Positions 1 to 12,600 of a stretch of DNA of 64,000 nucleotides are shown one piece after another. The notes below the pieces were generated by a model, which ran no database searches, was not told where the DNA came from, and saw only the letters and a program-made list of their open reading frames with translations. Positions within the stretch are counted from its first letter, which is position 1. Each line of letters starts with the position of its first letter. The position numbers were made by a program, and so were the translations under genes. The DNA comes from Mobula hypostoma (lineage: Eukaryota): positions 42,100,001 to 42,164,000 of the forward strand of contig NC_086108.1 in NCBI RefSeq assembly GCF_963921235.1, given 5' to 3'.

Positions 1-1045
1 CGTGTGATCTTTGAGCCCTCAGGCGGCACTGCCTAAGAAACCATCATGCTACTGTGACAATTATCGCCACCTGGGCTGGGGAGTACTTCAGAAAACCGTT
101 GTCACTCACACAGTCTGTCGCTGCATCCAGAAATGCAACTTGAAACTGTATTACGCAAGGAGGAAGCCATACATCAACTCTATGCAGAAACGCCAGCGAG
201 TTCTCTGGGCCCGAGCTCATCTCAGATGGACCGAAAGACTGTGGAACTGTGTGCTGTGGTCAGATGAGTCCACATTTCAGCTAGTATTCGGAAAAAACGG
301 GGTCGAGTTCTCCGTGTCAAAGATGAAAACGACCATCCAGATTGTTATCAGCGAAAGGTGCAAAAGCCAGCATCTGTGATGGTATGAGGGTGCATCAGTG
401 CCCACGGCATGGGTGAGTTGCATGTATGTGAAGGTACCATTGACCCTGAGGCGTATATTAGGATTTTAGAGAGACATATGTTGCCATCAAGGCAACGTGT
501 CTTCCCAGGACGTCCATGCTTATTTCAGCAGGACAATGCCAGACCACATTCTGCACAGGCTACAACAGTGTGGCTTTGTAGCCACAGAGTGCATGTGCTT
601 GACTGGCCTGCTGCCAGTCCAGATCTATCTCCTATTGAAAATGTATGGCGCATTATGAAGAGGAGAATCAGACAACGGAGACCACGGACTGTTGAGCAGC
701 TGAAGTCTTGTATCAAGCAAGAATGGACAAAATTTCCAATTGCAAATCTACTACAATTAGTATCCTCAGTTCCAAAACGATTAAAAAGTGTTATTAAAAG
801 GAAAGGTGATGTAACACAATGGTAAACATGTCACTGTTCCAACTTTTGTTGAGTGTGTTGCAGCCATCAAATACTAAATTTGTGTATGTTTACAAAATAC
901 AATTAAGTTGGTCAGTAAAACTAATGAAAATATTTTCTTTGTACTTTTGTCAGTTAAATAAAGCTTCACGTGAATTAATGTATCACAGGTTATTGTTTTT
1001 ATTGCATTTTGGAAAATATCCCAACTTTTCTGGAAATGGGGTTTG
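1..1045 (+). mobile_element. Tc1-family (DD34E) DNA transposon, 3' two-thirds, defective; inserted into a CR1
   Basis: Transposase fragments [18 protein letters not shown] and [11 protein letters not shown] (34 residues between D and E). Long TIR ends ...tggaaatggggtttg followed by TA at 1046-1047. Stops and a frameshift are present. Confidence 0.93.
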
Positions 1046-1047
1046 TA

Positions 1048-2220
1048 GATGAGGGTGGTGCAGTGGATGTGATCTACATGGATTTTAGCAAGGCTTTTGA
1101 CAAGGTTCCACATGGTCGGCTTATTCAGAAAATTAAAAGACATGGGATCCAGGGAAGTTTGGCCAAGTGGATTCAGAATTGGCTTGCCTGCAGAAGGCAG
1201 AGGGTCATGGTGGAGGGAGTACATTCGGATTGGAGGTTTGTGACTAGTGGTGTCCCACAAGGATCGGTTCTGGGACCTCTTCTTTTCATGACTTTTATTA
1301 ACGACCTGGATGTGGGGGTAGAAGGGTGGGCTGGCAAGATTGTAGATGACACAAAGGTTGGTGGTGTTGTAGATTGTTGAAGATTGCAGAGAGACATTGA
1401 TAGGATGCAGAAGTGGGCTGAGAAGTGGCAGTTGGAGTTCAAACCAGAGAAGTGTGAGGTGGTACACTTTGGAAGGACAAACTCCAAGGCAGAGTACAAA
1501 ATAAATGGCAGGATACTTGGTAGGGTGGAGGAGCAGAGGGATCTGGGGGTACATGTCCACAGATCCCTGAAAGTTGCCTCACAGGTGGATAGGGTAGTTA
1601 AGAAAGCTTATGGGGTGTTAGCTTTCATATGTTGAGGGATAGAGTTTAAGAGTCGTGAGGTAATGATGCAGCTCTATAAAACTCTGGTTAGGCCACATTT
1701 GGAGTACTGTGTCCAGTTCTGGTCGCCTCACTATAGGAAGGATGTGGAAGCATTGGAAAGGGTACAGAGGAGATTTACCAGGATGCTGCCTGGTTTAGAG
1801 AGTATGCACTATGATCAGAGATTAAGGGAGCTAGGGCTTTACTCTTTGGAGAGAAGGAGGATGAGAGGAGACATGACAGAGGTACACAAGATATTAAGAG
1901 GAATAGACAGAGTGGATAGCTAGTGCCTCTTCCCCAGGGCACCACTGCTCAATACAAGAGGACATGGCTTTAAGGTAAGGGGTGGGAAGTTCAAGGGGGA
2001 TATTACAGGAAGGTTTTTTACTCAGAGAGTGGTTGGTACGTGGAATACACTGCCTGAGTCAGTGGTGGAGGCAGATACACTAGTGAAGTTTAAGACACTA
2101 CTAGACAGGTATATGAAGGAATTTAAGGTGAGGAGGGTTATGTGGGAGGCAGAGTTTAAGGGTCAGCACAACATTGTGGGCCGAAGTGCCTGTACTGTGC
2201 TGTACTATTCTATGTTCTAT
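1048..2220 (+). mobile_element. CR1 LINE 3' portion (RT domain and 3' UTR)
   Basis: [45 protein letters not shown]; ends in a ttctatgttctat tail. Confidence 0.92.
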
Positions 2221-2496
2221 AATGATTGTACTAATCTGTCATTAAACATTTTTGGTTGATTAAGCCAAAAAATACACACTGGAAAAGAAAACGTATGCTG
2301 ATACTCTCCATCAGTGAAGCACAAATCAGGTATTTCTACTTCTGAAACAAATTTACAATAGACTTGTTTTCCTCATCCCCAACTTTCAAAAGGTTTGTAG
2401 GTTGTTACAAATACTGAAGAGAAACATTGCTTTTATTCTTGCATAATAGTTTTAATGTTACAAAGTTAAAAGTATACACAAATACTTTAAATTATG

Positions 2497-3188
2497 TGTA
2501 GCCCCCCCGGCCACCCTCAGGGTCGCTCGGCTCGCTGTCGTCTAGGGAAACAGCCTGGGCCCCGCCAAACTGGATAATTCGTTTATGTGGATGCTGTGTG
2601 AGGTACGCCACCCCGCCCAAATAACAGACAATACACCAGATGCAATTAAATGATTTACAGTTTATAGATATTACTGGAACTATGTAATTAAAAGAGAATA
2701 AAATATAAAAGGAAAATAAAAGGCGCCACACTTATCAAAGTTCAATCTCTTCGTGCACAAAAACCGTTGGAGCTCAAGGACCTTCTTCTTCACCCTGTGA
2801 CCCCCTTGGACCACCTCGACCGGCCGCCTGGGACCAACAACGGTGGTCGACCAGACGCTCAACACGAGTCCATCTCCGTTTCCTCGCCGAATGTCCCGCT
2901 CGGGGTCCAACCCCATTAGCGGACTCACAGCACCTCGTCCATCCTCTGTCTCACTCTCCCGCCTTCTGCCCCAAAACCCCGCGCATACAGTATCTTCAAA
3001 TACACCAAAACCATAACAACTATCCCAATTGGTTAATAGCACTCTTTTATCACACACTAAAGCAAAAAACTGTTAGCGCAAATTTTCTCAGCGTTTAACA
3101 CAACAAAGCCGCATTCCCCAGATTAACATAACAAAGACGCCATTTTAATTAGCCTCCGCAGTAACATAAAAGTCGAAACCCCCTTACA
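2497..3188. mobile_element. Solo LTR (692 bp), probably Gypsy-type
   Basis: Termini TGTAG...TTACA with perfect 4-bp target-site duplication TATG (2493-2496 and 3189-3192); CpG-rich relative to its flanks. Confidence 0.82.
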
Positions 3189-3536
3189 TATGATAAAGTG
3201 AAATTGCTACAACTTCAATTTTCTTAAGCTTAACTATTACCTTATCTGTAAAGTAAACACTGTAAATGAATGACGAGATATCAGGATTTTATGCAAAAAG
3301 TCTAAGGTACATCATTACTCAGTTAAATTTAACCTACATTTAATTGAATTGGAGCAATGCAGCCTACACCATAAGCTATATAAGAATGCATAAAAATAAT
3401 AATGGCTAAATAATACTTCCCCAAATGTTTACAATGTCAAACAAAAAAGAACTACATTGATAAAATCATCTGTCTCAGTGCTATTCATCAATAAGATTGT
3501 CTATTTTGCACAGGGGTTATTTTTGGTGACACTGAC

Positions 3537-3630
3537 CTAATGAAAATAGTGTGCTTCCTCAAGTTGCTGCTAATAGTATTAGCTTCCTGGATCATCATTG
3601 AAAGCTTCATGGAGCTCCAGTATGAATGGT
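3537..3630 (-). CDS. KIF14: KIF14 exon (94 bp)
   Basis: tgttgcag| [30 protein letters not shown](R) |gtcagt. Confidence 0.92.
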
Positions 3631-6600
3631 CTGCAACACAAATAGAAAATAAATCAATTAGACCTACCATAGAAAATACACAAAACATGTACTTTATTCG
3701 TGACATAAAGGGATACAAAATGGTCACCGAAAGGACAAAAAATTGGTTAATTGGCTCATTTCTTATATTGATCAACTTTCTTTCTCTGTTATAAGATTTT
3801 TTTTTACGGTATCATCCTGCATTGCGCTCACTGCTCCTCCAAAATTCCTACTTTCACGCTCCTAAGAAAATATTCTGACATGTCTTTGTGGGGTTTAAAG
3901 TGGATAAAACTGAACTTGCACGTTTGTCTACCCATCAAGTAGCATTTCTTCACATGCGTGCTCACATAGACTACAATTGGCAGTTCATGTTCCTATTTTT
4001 GCTTGGTTTCAAATACATGGAATGCCTTACTTTAAGCATTTTTTTAAAAAAAACAAAAAGGCATTTTTTAATATTATACTCCACTTTCATTAACTTTCCA
4101 TCGAAACTTGTTACCAGTAACACCGTTGTAAAATGTCCATTGCACTTATTGTGCTCTCATAGTTGAATTGTTTGTTGAAGAGAAGTGATCTGAGGCTCTG
4201 AAGAATGCTAACTAATTAAAACCACACACAAACAATAATTGTAACTGACTGTTGCAAGAAATATTCCAGAGGAAATACAACATGGGAGTTCATGCTGTTT
4301 CTATGTTGTTATTACACAGAAAGCGCACATCCCTTTAAGTTCTCCTCTGAATAGCATATGAGTTGAGATCAAAAAGTCCAGGTATTGAGCAGTCACTGTG
4401 AAATATATAAAAATTAATGTACTTGTACATGAAGTAAAATTTTGAGCCTCCCATTTCTTTTGCCGTTCTTGCTGCATTCGCTCCAAATCTTGTGCCATCT
4501 TTCTCTTCTCTGCCTCCAGAGCATCGAGAAACTTTACATGCCGTATATTATGATCTTCTAAAGCCTGGGAGAATTTTAGAATACAACTAGTTAAGTCAGC
4601 AACAAATCACAAGAAACCAGGCACTCACTCACCACACCACCCACTACTTACCTCCAGCAACGGGTTCAAAACAACACATATGGTGACTGTGTGATGGGAA
4701 ACCCAAGTGGGTGTGGAAATTGGATGTTTAAATTCTAAGCACCTATAACCTTTGACATATCAGTGCAAGTTCATTGCATTGCAGTGCAAGTGCTGGACAG
4801 TGCTTGCACTGGCTGGTTACTTGATTTCATTTATTGTTTATTTATTTTATTTGTTGTTTTATAGGATTGAGTATGAGAGTTGCAAACTCATTTTCGCTGT
4901 ATTGGTGCATGACAAATTGTACTATGCAATGACAATAAAGATATTTCAATTTCAGTTCTCAGCCAGTTTGCCATTCATGACGAGCTGGCCGGTCCTGGAA
5001 GGGTTCCAGTACCAGACATAGCAACAAAAATAGAACATTGATAAGTATATATATATGCAGACATTGGGATAAGGCAGAATAAAGCTAGATCAGTAGGTAG
5101 AACCTGGGAGTAGTTTCCTTCAGTGTTCACATCTAACTAATGATCATTTAAATGTAATCTGTGCCAAAGTAATTTTTTTTTGATAAGAGGATGACAAAAG
5201 GAAATTGGGGAGAAAATACAAGAGAAGCGTATACAATGTGGTACAGATTTCCCCATCAGTTAGAACCAGAGGAATACTCTGGGTTACATCTATCTGGGGA
5301 AAAAAACATCAGTAATGAGATACCAGCACTTACGCTGTCTCCGATGCTAAGAACACGATGGTTAAAGGTATCAGTTCTTGACACAGATAAAATAGTGAAT
5401 TATTTAATTTCTTTCCTTCTAATAGTTAAAGATTACAATTTATGTAGCATATTACAAATAATAGTTTTTCCACTCCAAATGAAAATAATTTTTGATCGAT
5501 GCATCTCCGCCTCTATACAAAGAAAACAGTACTTTGATTTGGTGTCAATTCCCCAACTAAAATCCAAATTCCTAATACAGGTTTCAACTTCAATGTATTT
5601 GCGCATGCTCAATCGTAATTTCTAATTTGAAATATTAGTCATAAGACCAAACACAAACTACTGTTTAAAAACATTAAAATGTACAAATAAGATCAGGAAG
5701 CAGTTTAATTCACAAGATAAATTAAAGTGTTCTACAACAAAATGTTATCATTATCAAAAAAATAAAAATACAAACTACTGAAAGATTCTAGCAATAAGAT
5801 TCTAGGATGGAAAAGCAGTGGTTCATTGGCAGGAAGCAAAGAGTGGGAATAAAGGGAGCCTTTTCTGGTTGGCTGATGGTGACGAGTGGTGTTCCACAGG
5901 TGTCTGTGTTGGGATCGATTCTTTTTATGTTACATATCACTGATTTGAATGATGGTATTGATGGCTTTGTTGAAAAGTTTGCATATGATATGAAGATAGG
6001 TGGAAGGCAGAGGTTACAGAAGGACTCAGACAGATTAAAAGAATGGACAAACAAGTGGCATATGGAATACAATGTCAGAAAGTGTATGCTCATACAATTT
6101 GGTGGAAGGAATGAAAGAGTTGACTATTTTCTAAATGGAGAGAAAATACAAAAAACTGAGGGACAAAGGGACTTGGGAGTCCTTGTGTAGGATTCCCTAA
6201 AGGTTAATTTGCAGGTTGAGTTTGTTTTGAGGAAGGCAAATGCAATGTTAGTATTCATTTCAAGAGGACTAGAATATATAAGCAAGGATGTAATGTTGAG
6301 ACATTATAAAGCACTGGTGAGGCCTCATTTGGAGTACTGTATTGTGAGCAGTTTTGGGTCCCTTATCTAAGAAAGGATGTGGTGAAACTGGAGAGGGTTC
6401 AAAGGAAGTTCATGAACATAATTACAAGATTAAATGGCTTGTCATATGAAGAGTGTTTGATGGCTCTAGGCCTGTAATCACTAGAATTCAGAAGAATGAG
6501 AGGTGACCTCATTCTAACCTATCAAATGTGAAAGGCTGCGATATCAACACACACAAAATGCTATGGGAACTCAGCAGGCCAGGCCGCACCTATGGAAAAG

Positions 6601-9600
6601 AGTACAGTCGATGTTTCAGGCTGAGACCCTTCCTGCTTGGATTTCCAGCATCTGCAGATTTCCTCTTGTTTGTGAAAGGCCTTGATAGACCCAGAGGACA
6701 CAGCCTCAGGAAAGAGGGGCATCCTTTTAGAACGGCGATGAGGAGGAATTTCTTCAGCCAGAGAGTGATGAATCAGTGAAATTCTTTGCCACAGGCAGCT
6801 GTGGAAGTCAAGCCTTTATGTACATTTAAGCCAGAGGCTGATAGAATCTTGATTGTTCAGAGCATGAAGGGATACTGGGAAAAGGCAGGTGGTTGGGGCT
6901 AAGCGGAAAATTGAATCAGCCCATGATGAAATGGCGGAGAAGACTCGATGGTCCAAATAGCCTAAATCTGCTCCTATATCTTAAGGTCTTATGGCCTAAA
7001 GAATGGATTAGGGTTGTAAATTTAGTATGTATTAATACATTTCTAAAACCTTATCCTACCTGCTTTGTGGCTGAGGCCTCCATTTCAAGGCGCTTCCTGT
7101 TCATTTCCAGCTCTTGTTCAAGCCTTTGGTTTGCTAGCATCTCCTTTTGAAGCTGCTTTTTGACATTCTGCAGCTCCATTTCTTTCTTTTTTCTATTTTC
7201 ATTCACCTGAGCAATTAAGCAAGATCTGTGATGAATAAATTGATTAAGTTTTCCAAACTGATGAAAACTAAAGATCTGCAGCATTCAGTCCCGGTTAGAA
7301 AAAGTCAGAAATTCTTAAGCAGAGACTAGTGGATGAACACTTTAGGAAACAAAATGGAAAATACAGTATTTTTAATGGCAAGTGACTGAACTATGTAATT
7401 GTTCAAACGAGCTGGGTACCCTTGTACATAAATTATTGAAAGTTAACATGCAAATACCACAAGCAATTTGGAAGGTACATGATGTGTTATAGAGTCACAG
7501 AACACTACAGCACAGAAACAGGCCCATCAGCCCATCTGCAGGGTGCCAAACTATTGACCTGCCTAGTCCCATCAACCAGCCCACCGTACTCCTCCCATCC
7601 AGGTACCTATCTAAATTTATCTTAAATGCTGATATCAAACCCAACTCCATCACTTCCACACTCTCACCACCCACTAAGTGAAGTTTCCCCCTCATGTTCC
7701 CCTTAAACATTCTACCTTTCACCTCTAGTTCTAGTCTCACCCAACCTCAGTGGAAAAAGCCTGCTTACTTTTACCCTATCTATGCCCCTCTACTTTTGTA
7801 TACCTCTATCAAATCTCCCCTCATTCTCCTACGTACTAACATAACATATCATTTATAACAAAGTCCTAGCAGACTAAGGCAGTTTAAAAGCAGCGAGCGG
7901 GAGACTCAGCACATTTTGCGAGCCACAGTCCTGATAGTCATTGGATTGCGAAGAGGGATACAGGGTTTAAAAGAAGTGAGCAGGGCAGTCGGATCGTTTT
8001 GTGCACCACAATTTCTGGGGAGACATTAGATTGCACAATATTAGGTACTTGGAAAGGACCAATAAAAAGAAGCTGGGTTTAATTTGAATAGGCATTGTGG
8101 GAGTGGCCACTGTAGTGGACCAGTGTTGAGTGGGGAGTTGAGGTTTGGGCTCATAAATACTTCGGAGAAGCATAGGTGATAGGTTGATAGGTTTTTCATT
8201 ATGTATTCCTTCTTTCTCTCTCATTGCAATTTAGAGTTGTGGGGATGCCAGACAGGATACTGGAATGCTCCTCTTGTGGAATGTGGGAATGCAGGGAAAC
8301 CACCAGTATCCCTAATGACTACATCTGCAAGAAGTGCGTCTAGCTGCAACTTCAAACAGACCGTGTTAAGGAGTTGGAGCTGAAATTTGATAAAGTTCAG
8401 ATCATTCAGAAGGATGAGGGGTTGATAGACAGGACATACAGGAAGGTAGTTACAACCTAAGTGTTAGACACAGGTAACTAGATGCCTATCAGAAGGGGGA
8501 AAGGTGATAGACAGTCAGTGCAGAAGAGTACCACTATGGCCATTTTCCTCAACATGTATACCACTTTGGATATTGTTGGGGGGAGTAATGACCCAACAGT
8601 CAAGTTTCTGGCACTGTGGCCCAGAAGACGAGGGGAGGGGAGAAGAGGCCAGTTGTCGTGATAGGGGATTTGTTGTTCAAGGGAACATAAAGGACGTTCT
8701 GTGGACAAGAACGAGATTCCCAGATGGTTTGTTGCCTCCTGGGTGCCAGGGTCAGGGACAATGTAGATCGAGTCCTCAGCATTCTTAAGTGGGTGTGTGA
8801 GCCAGTCAGAGGTCATGGCCCACATCAGCACCAATGACATGGGTAGGATGGGTGACAAGGTTGGGTAAACTGAGCTCAGAGAGTCAGATGCTACAGGGTT
8901 GTGATCTCAGGATTGCTACCCATGCCATGTGCTAGTGAGGGCAGAAATAGGACGATAATACAATTTAATACATGGCTCAGGAGATGGTGCAGGAGGGAGA
9001 GCTTCAGATTTTTAGGATCGTTGAACTCTCTTACAGGAAAGGTGAGACCTGTACAGGAAGAGATGGTTGGCACTTAAACTTGAGGGCAAATAATATCCAA
9101 GTGGGAAGGCCCTTTGCATTGAAATATACGCAATTCAGAACATTAGTCCCTACCATGCCCAACCTTTCGATTCCTGATTTTGTTTGTAGGCTTAATATTT
9201 TTCCCCACAACCACTCCACTAACTAATGTGGCTCTCATTCCCCTGCAACTCTAGTTTATACCCCTCCATGCAGCGCCAGCAAACCTTCCTGCATGGATGT
9301 TAGTTCCCCTCCAGTTCAGGTGCAAATTGTCCCTTCTGTACAGGTCCCATCTTCCCTGGAAGAGAGTCCAATGATCCAAAAAATCTGAAGCCCTCCCTCT
9401 TGCATCATCACCTTAGCCATGTGTTAAATTGTACTACTGTCCTATCGCACATTATCGAACATTAATCCCACCACGCACAACCTTTTGATTCCTGACTTTG
9501 AGGTACTAGTAACATCTGTCTCTACAACCTCTCCACTATCTGTTCAAGCACTCTGGTTCCTATCCCTTGCAACTATAGTTTTAACCCACCACCCCCCACC

Positions 9601-12600
9601 CCTCATATACGAACCCCATTTCCAGAAAAGTTGGGATATTTTCTAAAATGCAATAAAAACAATAATCTGTGATATGTTAATTCACGTGAACCTTTATTTA
9701 ACTGACAAAAGTACAAAGAAAAGATTTTCAATAGTTTTACTGACCAACTTAATTGTATTTTGTAAATATACACAAATTTAGAATTTGATGGCTGCAACAC
9801 ACTCAACAAAAGTTGGGACAGAGGCATGTTTACCATTGTGTTACATCACCTTTCCTTTTAATAACACTTTTTAATCATTTTGGAACTGAGGATACTAATT
9901 GTAGTAGATTTGCAATTAGAAATTTTGTCCATTCTTGCTTGATGTAAGACTTCAGCCGCTCAACAGTCAGTGGTCTCTGTTGTCTGATTCTCCTCTTCAT
10001 GATGCGCCATACATTTTCAATAGGAGATAGATCTGGATTGGCAGCAGACCAGTCAAGCACACGCACTCTGTGTCTACAAAGCCACACTGTTGTAACCTGT
10101 GCAGAATGTGGTCTGGCATTGTCCTGCTGAAATAAGCATGGACGTCCCGGGAAGACACGTCGCCTTGATGGCAACATATGTCTCTCTAAAATCCTAATAT
10201 ACGCCTCAGAGTCAATGGTACCTTCACATACATGCAACTCACCCATGCTGTGGGCTCTGATGCACCCCCATACCATCACAGATGCTGGCTTTTGCACCTT
10301 TCGCTGATAACAATCTGGATGGTCGCTTTCATCTTTGGCACGGAGAACTCGATGCCCGTTTTTTTCCGAAAACTAGCTGAAATGTGGACTCATCTGACCA
10401 CAGCACACGGTTCCACAGTCTTTCGGTCCATCTGAGATGAGCTCGGGCCCAGAGAACTCGCTGGCGTTTCTGCATAGAGTTGATGTATGGCTTCCTCCTT
10501 GCATAATACAGTATCAAGTTGCATTTCTGGATGCAGCGACGGACTGTGTTGAGTGACAATGGTTTTCTGAAGTACTCCGCAGCCCAGGTGGCTATAATTG
10601 TCACAGTAGCATGATGGTTTCTTAGGCAGTGCCGCCTGAGGGTTCAAAGATCACACACATTCAACAGTGGTTTCCGACCTTGCCCTTTACGCACTGAGAT
10701 ATGTCTGAATTCTCTGAATTTTTTCACAATATTATGTACTGTAGATGTTGAAAGACCTAAATTCTCTGCAATCTTGCGTTGAGAAATGTTCCTTTTGAAC
10801 TGACTAACAATTCTCTCATGAATTTTGGCACAAAGGGGTGAGCCACGACCCGTCCTTGCTTGCAAAGGCTGAGCCTTTGATGGACGCTACTTTTATACCC
10901 AGTCATGATACCTCACCTGCTTAATGTGGAGTCTTCCAAACCGGTGTTACTTGAATATTCTGTGCACTTTTCAAACTTATTTTAACTCTGTCCCAACTTT
11001 TGTTGAGTGTGTTGCAGCCATCAAATTCTAAATTTGTGTATATTTACAAAATACAATTAAGTTGGTCAGTAAAACTATTGAAAATCTTTTCTTTGTACGT
11101 TTGTCAGTTAAATAAAGGTTCACGTGAATTAACATATCACAGATTTTTGTTTTTATTGCATTTTGGAAAATATACCAACTTTTCTGGAAATTGGGTTTGT
11201 AGTACTAAGCATGCCTTCTCACTCAGATATTAGTTGCCCTCAAGTTTAGGTGCAAACCATCTCTTTCAGTACGGGTCTCACATTTCCTGGAAGAGAATCC
11301 AATGATCCAAAAACCTGAAGCCCTCCCTCCTGCACCATCTCCTTAGCCATGTGTTAAACTGTATTATCATCCTGTTTCTGCCTTCATTCGCACATGGCAT
11401 GGGTAGCAATCCTGAGATCACAACCCTGGAGTTCCTATCTTTTAACTTAGCATCTAAACTCACTTTGCAGTATGTTGTCACTCTTCCTACCCATGTCATT
11501 GGTACTGACCCCTGGCTGCTCACCCTCTCACTTAAGAATGCTGTAAACATGATACAAGATACTCCAGACCCTGGCACCCAGGAAGCAACATACCATCTGG
11601 GAACCTCGTTCTCACCCACAGAACCTCTTGTCTGTTCCCCTAACCATTAAAGACCCTATCATTATAGTTTGCTTCTTCTCCCCCCACCTCTTCCCTTCTC
11701 TACTGAGCCAAAGGACCAGACTCATTGCCAGGGACCTGACTGCAATAATATCCAAAGCAGTCTACCTGTTATTGAAGGGAACTGCCACAGAAGTACTCTG
11801 CACTGGTTGTCTATCCCCTTTCCCCCTCCTAACTGTCACCCAGTTTAAACTAGATCCTACACCTTGGGGTAGCTAGCTCCCTGTATGCCCTGTCAATCAA
11901 ACCCTCAGAATCCAATATGATCCTAAGTTCATCTAGCTGCAGCTCCAGTTCCTTAACACAGTCTTTAAGAAGCTGCAGCCAGATGCAGTTCTTGCAGGTG
12001 TAGTCGTCATAGACATTAGAGCTGCAGCTGGAAGCCTTCCCACATCCAGAAGAGGAGCATTCCACTATCCTACCTGGTATCCCCACTATTTCAACTGTGC
12101 AATAAGAAAGAAAGAAAAATTAAACGTAAAAAAAATCTACCTACAGCCTCCACCTCTCCTCACCAAAGCCTCTGTGAGCCAAAGTGTAAACTCCCCACTC
12201 TGACACTGGCCCACTCACACAATGGCCGTTCCCACAATGGCTGCTCTGCCTAAACATGATTTATTTTTATTGGACTTTGCCAAGTGCTTAATTATGCATA
12301 CTCCAACATCTCCTAGTTATATGTGGCATACAGAATTTGTTGGCCTTTATGGCTAGAGTATTTGAGTAAAGTTGTCTTACTGGAATTCTTCATTTACACA
12401 GTTTATTTCTGACTTAAGAGAATTTTTTTTTATATCTTACACTGTACTGCTGTCACAAAACACAAATTTCATAACATGTGTCAGTAATGATAAACCTAAT
12501 TCAAATTACATCAGACTCTGATGAAGTAGGCATCGATGTGAAGCTTCTGGCAGCAAACATGGACAACAACAGAAAACGCTGCAAATACTCGAGAACCAAG

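Noticed and set aside
1009..1380. 123-aa ORF fusing a novel N-terminus to an RT
   Set aside because: Chance read-through from the Tc1 TIR into the CR1 it interrupted.
2281..2345. Possible next KIF14 exon after a tttgtttcag acceptor
   Set aside because: The required phase hits a stop within a few codons and there is no similarity to the expected KIF14 segment.
5191..5625. 144-aa plus-strand ORF
   Set aside because: No recognisable motif; AT-rich intronic sequence antisense to KIF14, likely chance.
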